A stretch of DNA of 64,000 bases, taken from the IMG/VR virus record IMGVR_UViG_3300008117_000001; one strand, written 5' to 3'. The stretch is from a virus. Shown here in pieces: positions 59,001 through 64,000 of the stretch. The notes below the pieces were generated by a model. That model did not search any database, was not told the DNA's origin, and saw only the letters and a list, made by a program, of their open reading frames with translations. Position 1 is the first letter of the stretch; each line of letters starts with the position of its first letter. The position numbers were made by a program, and so were the translations under genes.

Positions 59001-62000
59001 AAGCTTTGAAATGTTCGATAAAGATGTTATTAATAACTTCATTTATCAACCCGATATAACAAAAGAATTCAAATTTGATTACAGTGATGATTGGGCAAAG
59101 CTCGGGGATGCTCGCGCTATAGAGATCAGAAAAAATCAAGTTAAAAATAGAATTACAGATTTCCTTAGACGCTACGCCTATAGGGATGTTGGAAGCGAAC
59201 CATTTGCCGCAGCTCAAAGAGCTAGCAACAATCAGACATTAATAAATGAAATTATTAGCTACGTTAACAGTAGCGGTATAAGTGTTCATAATTTTGTTTC
59301 TTTATTTCAAGAAGTTATACAAACTCAAACTTCTGAATTTGAAACTTCAGAAAAACAAGGATTATTAACTGACTACATCTTTATTGCAGCACAATCCACA
59401 GAGGATAGTCCAGTATTTGAAGAAATTGTTGGAGCAGGCTATTCTGTTGGTAATCTAAAATATACAAGCGCAGAAACTTTAAATTTAATTAAAGAAGTTT
59501 TATCAGATTCACACTTGGCAAACGAAACAGAAGTTAGCTTTAATCCAGATGAAGTAGATTTCCATAAAGTGATATATATGATTCCGGCAACAAATCCGCA
59601 AGAATCTGGATCAGAATCAGAAGTACCTGCAATGATGCAGTCTGCATTGGGGACCCATTTTGGTTATATCAATAAAGATAATGGAAGATTCTATCTAACA
59701 GTCGATGGTTCAAATGTTCATATAGATGACAACGGGAATAAGAGACTAGCAGAAAATCATATAGAAGATACACAAACTCCAGATAGGGGTTGCACAAATA
59801 CGCTTACTGGAGTTGAGGGCGTACAATCTCTGGATAAATATCAAAAAGCTTATGATGGATCTTTTGGTGGCCACATACAGAAGATGATGAATGATGTCCA
59901 GTATCGAGACATTTCTGGAAGAATGATTAGAGCATTTCCTACTTATATGTTGTGGCTAATTGACGAAGGTGGCTTTTTTGCCGGAGTTAAGCTGTTTGAC
60001 AATTTTTATGGAATGCAATCTATAGTAGATTTTTCTGTTGTATCTTCAGAAGATCTTCTAGGGGACACGTTAATATTTAGAGTGTCCAACATGTATTCAA
60101 AGTTGACTACTCGTCCTTCTACAGAAATATTTAATTCTAGAGACAATCAACCAAGCGATGCACCAATAGATTTTACTCAAGGCATTGAATCTATCTTGGA
60201 TAGAACTTTAAATATAGCTAAAAATATTGTTTCTGGAATGAGAAACGATTATGTAATTGACATTAACAATATTAGACTAAAGCCTGGTGTTCGTGTTCAT
60301 CTAAGAGTCGGATATGGAGCAAATCCAAATTCTCTACAAACAGTTTTCAATGGCGTCATAACAAATGTTGAGCAAGGAGAAATCGTAACAGTTACTGCGC
60401 AGTCTGACGCTATTGAGCTTGGCGCAATAGTTAACTCTACAAACAAAAAAGGTGACACTGGAAAAATAGATGGTGGCATAGATACAGGAATGTATCTTTC
60501 TGAGCCTAGAGATCTTATGGTGAGACTTCTTTCTATGGGTGCGTCAAGATTTAGAGAAGCTTTTGCTAGAGCCACAAATGGAACTGTTTTTTCTGAAAAT
60601 AGATTTGGAATTCGTCATTTTGGTTCAACGTTATATGAACCATTAAGCGAATCTGAAAGAGCAAGAGCTGATGGAATTAGAAATGTAGTCGCTAGTGTTT
60701 ACTCTAACCTTGGACAAGGCGATGTAGGTGGTGCTGCTAATGCCGCATCATTTAAATTAGCTACAAATGTTTTCACAAACAACCCTGTTAGTACATTTTT
60801 CGGAGATGGAAGAATTATGACAAGCATGGGGCAACTCATGTCAAACTTCTGTGCCGAAGTAGACTTGGAAATATTTAAGAGAAATATTTATCCTGGAAAT
60901 GGAACAGGTTTTGCCCAATTCCTTGGTGGAGATATAGATGATGGGTGGCTTACTGCGTCCTCTCTTGTGGAACAGGATGACAAGAAATTAAAGGGACAAG
61001 GGTACCTTGAAAGAGGTGTCGATAGATCATGGAATCGACTTATAGTTGAAGCTCAAAATGAGTCTGTTTCAGCGAGGACGGCCATAGGAACAATGACAGC
61101 TGGCAACAAGCTCGTAGCTGCTGAAGGTAGAGCTAACGCTACAAAAAATATACTTATGGGTGGCTTAGCTGGTTCTATCGGATTGATACCTGGAGTAAGT
61201 TTTGCTGCTGGAGCAGGAATTTCTGGGGGAGGTCTTTTTGGAATTCTCAGAGGAAGAGGCGGAACAAACTTCTTTAGGTTAATGGGAATTATCGCACCAA
61301 ATGCTGACGACGACCTACCTGGTTTTGATGAGGTTTCATTTAGAGCGCAAACATACATGAGAACTGTTTGGGATCTTTTCCAAGTTTGTGCCCGATTGCT
61401 TCCAAACTATATTGTTGCAATTAGACCATTTGAAGATAGATCTACAATTTTTTATGGTAAACCGCACTGGCTTTATACTTCTGGAGTTGTTCCTGTAACT
61501 ACAGGATTTCCTAGTACAGAGAGGGGATCTGAATTAAGTTTGCCAGGCTATCCAAAGTATCGTTCGCCGGACGAAGACATCGAAAATATCATGAATAACA
61601 TCAACAAATCCAGTAACACATTGGCTGACTATGAGGCGTTCAAGAGGTCTAATGAACTTTCTGATACAATGGCCAGTCTTGCGAGTGATCAGTTGAATTC
61701 CGAAGGTGTCTATAAGCCTACGGCATTTTTGAAAGAAAAAATAATTAACTTTAACTCACCGTTAGCTGCAACATTTTCTGAAACACAGCAAGATGGTTCA
61801 ACTAAAATAGTTGCAAAACTACCAACGGTTGTTGGATTAACAAGAGTTGGTTTCCACCTTCCTGTTGGAGATCCCACAACAACAATAGCTCAGGCAGGCG
61901 ATAATCACGCCCAATTAGACAATCTTCCACCAAGATTTAGGTACCCATTCTATACTATAAATGAAACAGTAATATTAGACACGACATCATATACCGTTAG

Positions 62001-64000
62001 AGACGGTGGGGTCTTCGAGAACGCTGCAAGTCACTTCAAGGATATTGGAAAATCTGGAAGAAAGTTTTTGGCAAACGAAGGCGAAGTGCCCATGGACGCC
62101 GAAGAATTTGAGGGATTTGTCAATGAGGCTATGGCAGAAGACAGACGATCTTTCGGTGGTGCAACATTTATGGCAAATATGTTCACCCTACTTCAGTATG
62201 AAAGCAAATTCATTTTAAATAATGAACTAACGCTAGTGCCGTCTTCTGGAATATTAGAATTAGATCGTCCTTTAGGCTTCTCAACTTTTATAGACAATAT
62301 GGTTGATGTGGATGGTTTGTCATTTATTGGCGGAGCAACCTCAACATATGTAAGAATGCCCTTACCATCAGTTTACGCAAATAGACCTAGCATATCTCTT
62401 GATCAAGCTGCTCTTTCTCAGTATTCTGTAACTTCTTCTGAAGCGCAAAGAAATGCAGATGATTATTCTTTCGAGTATGAATTGGCAAACCAAATATCAT
62501 ATGAAGAATGGGGTTCACCTGGTGACCTACCGGCTTCTCAACAAACAGCTGCTGAAGCAGAACAATTCTACATAGCGATGAGATGGCCATATAATCCTGG
62601 TAGTGATGATATCAATGTTTCTGACGAGGCCATACAAAAGTTTAAAGAAAAATATAATTTTACAGATTTGTATGGAACAGCACAAGATTATAAAAATAGA
62701 AAAGTCTTAGTAGTTAGCCCTAGAACTAATAGAGCTGTTGTATGCGCTCCGGCATACTTCCTTTGGGGCGAAGATGATGATGACACAGCAGCTGTTGTTT
62801 CACCCGACGCCGCCTGGTATTTGGGCAACTTTGTATCTAAAGACCTAAGTTTTAAATTGTCAGCTGATGAAGAGGAAACAAGTATATTAGATCAGCTTCC
62901 GTCATGGATTAACACTACACTAAGCGCAGTACAGGCTGTTGGTGATTTTAAAAATAATTTGATAGGTTACGCCGGTAAAGTTTTAAGCTTTACCAGCGGT
63001 GCCGGCATTATAGGAAGTAAGATAGCTAACAGATTAGGTGTATCTATTTTTGGCAACGAAGATGAGCTAAATTACGAAAACGAAAGTGGCTTATCTATAA
63101 ACCCGCAACCAGTAGAGTGTCTCTTTGCCTTTGTTCCAGATGATGTTCCTGTAGGCGTTGTATCTTCCTCTGCAGCTCCTATCAAAAAGTTTAAAGCAAA
63201 AGACGGCCCCTCAATGGCTGATAGCATGATTCTTGGATTTGGAAATTATACAATGACAGAAGATGGCCAACTTGCTGAATTAACAGCAAGGAAAGCTAAT
63301 GCTCAAGATCTTAGAAATGAACTAGGTGGAGGTATTAGTTCAAGATTTGTAATTTATGATAAAGATTTAGTGGATCCACCAAATATATTCTCAGAATGGG
63401 TTCCAGTAAATGCTGAGATCTCTTCTAGTAGATTTGATTTTGGCGGTAATGCGTTAGCCGTACCAGATGGAAGAGATAAACCATTCTCTGGTTATTTTAA
63501 TACTTTGTTAGAAATATCTAGCTTTAGTGATGTTTCAAATATTGATCAGTCTGTTCTTGATGGCGAAGTTGCCGACATGATTGGTGATAGCTCTTTGTCT
63601 AGACAGTATTTGTATTCTATTTTGGATGAAGAATTATCAACAACTGGAGATGTAGATTCCGCCAAAGGAAGAGCTGCATTCTTAAGTGTGTATGATCCAT
63701 TGGATTCTGTTGGAGTAGAAGCTAGATCTTATTATGATGAGAATTTTGACCCTAATGTTTCGGTCATAGCTGGTGATGGAAGAAATCTTAGTGAAGCAAA
63801 TGACATATGGGATCAATTTAGATTTGGATATCACACATACGATAGCGTTAAGGGAATATTTGCAAAAGTTTACGGAATGGATCCAGAGTCCATTGATCCT
63901 TTCCCAGAAGAGTTTTCTAGAATATTAGGATCTTCTATTGAGGATAGTTTTAAAAACTTTGAGGATTCGAACATTCCAATTGCTGGACTGGCTGATACCG
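56008..64000 (+). CDS. Giant baseplate hub protein (>2660 aa, 3' truncated by window)
   Basis: ATG 56008, frame open at all lines checked and absent from ORF track because no stop in window; RLKPGVRVHLRVGYG...TVFNGVITNV hub motif near 60280; RAQTYMRTVWDLFQ near 61340. Confidence 0.85.
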   Translation, partial: MSNVEQSENEGEQNLNSSDPLSYDYSQKAFMNMMMIGPLGLTGSIDDITGNPLEAIERFFSITRPDVIPDLKNFDDPGGAEDFKSDTDNYQKRIEATSRVFTSGGTLSSLVDDGALLINLYKRLESTGLLYLASFAYEISEFGKKRLQNVYMTQKSLDYHVDPAVDTQWLTLLSQVVYSLQADPISFSIINHYLPGLMTFVFDALAVTGDYSNAGKGGGREDTLNREEDAIEELEKAFGVAPNGEPIFTMAFRINGGNTSARIRKAIEDFPFRANIPPKKPDIFHLRLGAANFYVPPISVTVNSAFKTGSLTGGAIRQRNTPKYNAGYKETSISLRLFFPNYQEIWGMHISDASSINLKENFKIDFKSSGDSEEKIDKFLSSLRGLIAAFKYSPILPIKNDYINSVHGITAVALSSMSISTVPNYPFSLMVDLELLSYNHKPFLPMVKDFNQAIHWGKYRQYMGKAAGAMHKYANESFLLKTSDNRNSEESEDNTGLIRSGDYIYQTSPYGSSVTSESAIVDSSLTDDTVELLNTYENDVLYTNIVSQWRDGSNLTFYTPAETQTKMFLPDTTSFRSEQEKILDQQSYGLWNGLLAKFGIEISPNTPAIKDINQVKSLSLEPTFASSTATFVRQAVDIMTAGVSQSDYRAGIYRYKMQSFISSNLIKLSAEEKEWLLKYLSPDEMPYDADYFSQYPTEGSYILNDPVFNDENDNVSLNFIKRSIWNSVFQSGNIIDTLVIEEVERRKVLGVEIAVPDEEKVRQQVTDAFMLSLYNRFFSDGYVQNLMEAKRLREGDYHFQEWEVPMNRVDLDPKKAIVNGVSISLGNNLAKLQVQMQDEPTYQYIGGKDSYVNISMTVFGERELYKIRAIFDHINSLARLEHSTGVIGFLGMKNIITALCGIKYVIPLNFKVDTIPNYPHVYNVQLSLVDFDIFQQQREKLSSKQQSDFIEHFGSKRNPFLRIKQLWGAFNAYPDMPLEVRDKNDEVVGNLDPDFYFRSFEMFDKDVINNFIYQPDITKEFKFDYSDDWAKLGDARAIEIRKNQVKNRITDFLRRYAYRDVGSEPFAAAQRASNNQTLINEIISYVNSSGISVHNFVSLFQEVIQTQTSEFETSEKQGLLTDYIFIAAQSTEDSPVFEEIVGAGYSVGNLKYTSAETLNLIKEVLSDSHLANETEVSFNPDEVDFHKVIYMIPATNPQESGSESEVPAMMQSALGTHFGYINKDNGRFYLTVDGSNVHIDDNGNKRLAENHIEDTQTPDRGCTNTLTGVEGVQSLDKYQKAYDGSFGGHIQKMMNDVQYRDISGRMIRAFPTYMLWLIDEGGFFAGVKLFDNFYGMQSIVDFSVVSSEDLLGDTLIFRVSNMYSKLTTRPSTEIFNSRDNQPSDAPIDFTQGIESILDRTLNIAKNIVSGMRNDYVIDINNIRLKPGVRVHLRVGYGANPNSLQTVFNGVITNVEQGEIVTVTAQSDAIELGAIVNSTNKKGDTGKIDGGIDTGMYLSEPRDLMVRLLSMGASRFREAFARATNGTVFSENRFGIRHFGSTLYEPLSESERARADGIRNVVASVYSNLGQGDVGGAANAASFKLATNVFTNNPVSTFFGDGRIMTSMGQLMSNFCAEVDLEIFKRNIYPGNGTGFAQFLGGDIDDGWLTASSLVEQDDKKLKGQGYLERGVDRSWNRLIVEAQNESVSARTAIGTMTAGNKLVAAEGRANATKNILMGGLAGSIGLIPGVSFAAGAGISGGGLFGILRGRGGTNFFRLMGIIAPNADDDLPGFDEVSFRAQTYMRTVWDLFQVCARLLPNYIVAIRPFEDRSTIFYGKPHWLYTSGVVPVTTGFPSTERGSELSLPGYPKYRSPDEDIENIMNNINKSSNTLADYEAFKRSNELSDTMASLASDQLNSEGVYKPTAFLKEKIINFNSPLAATFSETQQDGSTKIVAKLPTVVGLTRVGFHLPVGDPTTTIAQAGDNHAQLDNLPPRFRYPFYTINETVILDTTSYTVRDGGVFENAASHFKDIGKSGRKFLANEGEVPMDAEEFEGFVNEAMAEDRRSFGGATFMANMFTLLQYESKFILNNELTLVPSSGILELDRPLGFSTFIDNMVDVDGLSFIGGATSTYVRMPLPSVYANRPSISLDQAALSQYSVTSSEAQRNADDYSFEYELANQISYEEWGSPGDLPASQQTAAEAEQFYIAMRWPYNPGSDDINVSDEAIQKFKEKYNFTDLYGTAQDYKNRKVLVVSPRTNRAVVCAPAYFLWGEDDDDTAAVVSPDAAWYLGNFVSKDLSFKLSADEEETSILDQLPSWINTTLSAVQAVGDFKNNLIGYAGKVLSFTSGAGIIGSKIANRLGVSIFGNEDELNYENESGLSINPQPVECLFAFVPDDVPVGVVSSSAAPIKKFKAKDGPSMADSMILGFGNYTMTEDGQLAELTARKANAQDLRNELGGGISSRFVIYDKDLVDPPNIFSEWVPVNAEISSSRFDFGGNALAVPDGRDKPFSGYFNTLLEISSFSDVSNIDQSVLDGEVADMIGDSSLSRQYLYSILDEELSTTGDVDSAKGRAAFLSVYDPLDSVGVEARSYYDENFDPNVSVIAGDGRNLSEANDIWDQFRFGYHTYDSVKGIFAKVYGMDPESIDPFPEEFSRILGSSIEDSFKNFEDSNIPIAGLADT

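Noticed and set aside
1934-62590. Many short ORF-track entries antisense or out-of-frame to long genes (e.g. 1934..2278, 3961..4347, 6195..6557, 29488..30114, 34628..34978, 45172..45540, 60297..60575)
   Set aside because: Shadow ORFs overlapping well-supported genes, lacking RBS or recognisable motifs
1-64000. Stop-codon reassignment (alternative genetic code)
   Set aside because: Long genes are intact in code 11 and coding density is high

Overview
A 64-kb segment of a large (jumbo-type) contractile-tailed dsDNA phage genome, standard genetic code, nearly all + strand after ~4.4 kb. Order: short minus-strand small-gene region and strand-switch boundary (1-1.2 kb); recA; D2-only ClpB-like ATPase; putative small terminase; three large Gly/Ala-rich membrane-type proteins (one carrying an intact DEDDh exonuclease); large terminase; fibre/spike module (Ig repeats, S74 chaperone); portal; glycosyltransferase; prohead protease-scaffold; decoration protein; major capsid; neck genes; two sheath-like genes; three tube-like genes; two tail chaperones; a 2231-aa tape measure; a 1694-aa protein with motifs suggestive of a divergent double-psi-barrel RNA polymerase; and a >2660-aa baseplate hub ORF that runs off the window end (absent from the ORF track). 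A phage-specific TACTAT(T/A)A motif precedes several structural genes at a near-fixed distance. No tRNA, rRNA, CRISPR array or mobile element was found. AGAAAGGAGG-type RBSs weakly suggest a Gram-positive/actinobacterial host. All calls come from motif recognition by eye; no database searches were run.
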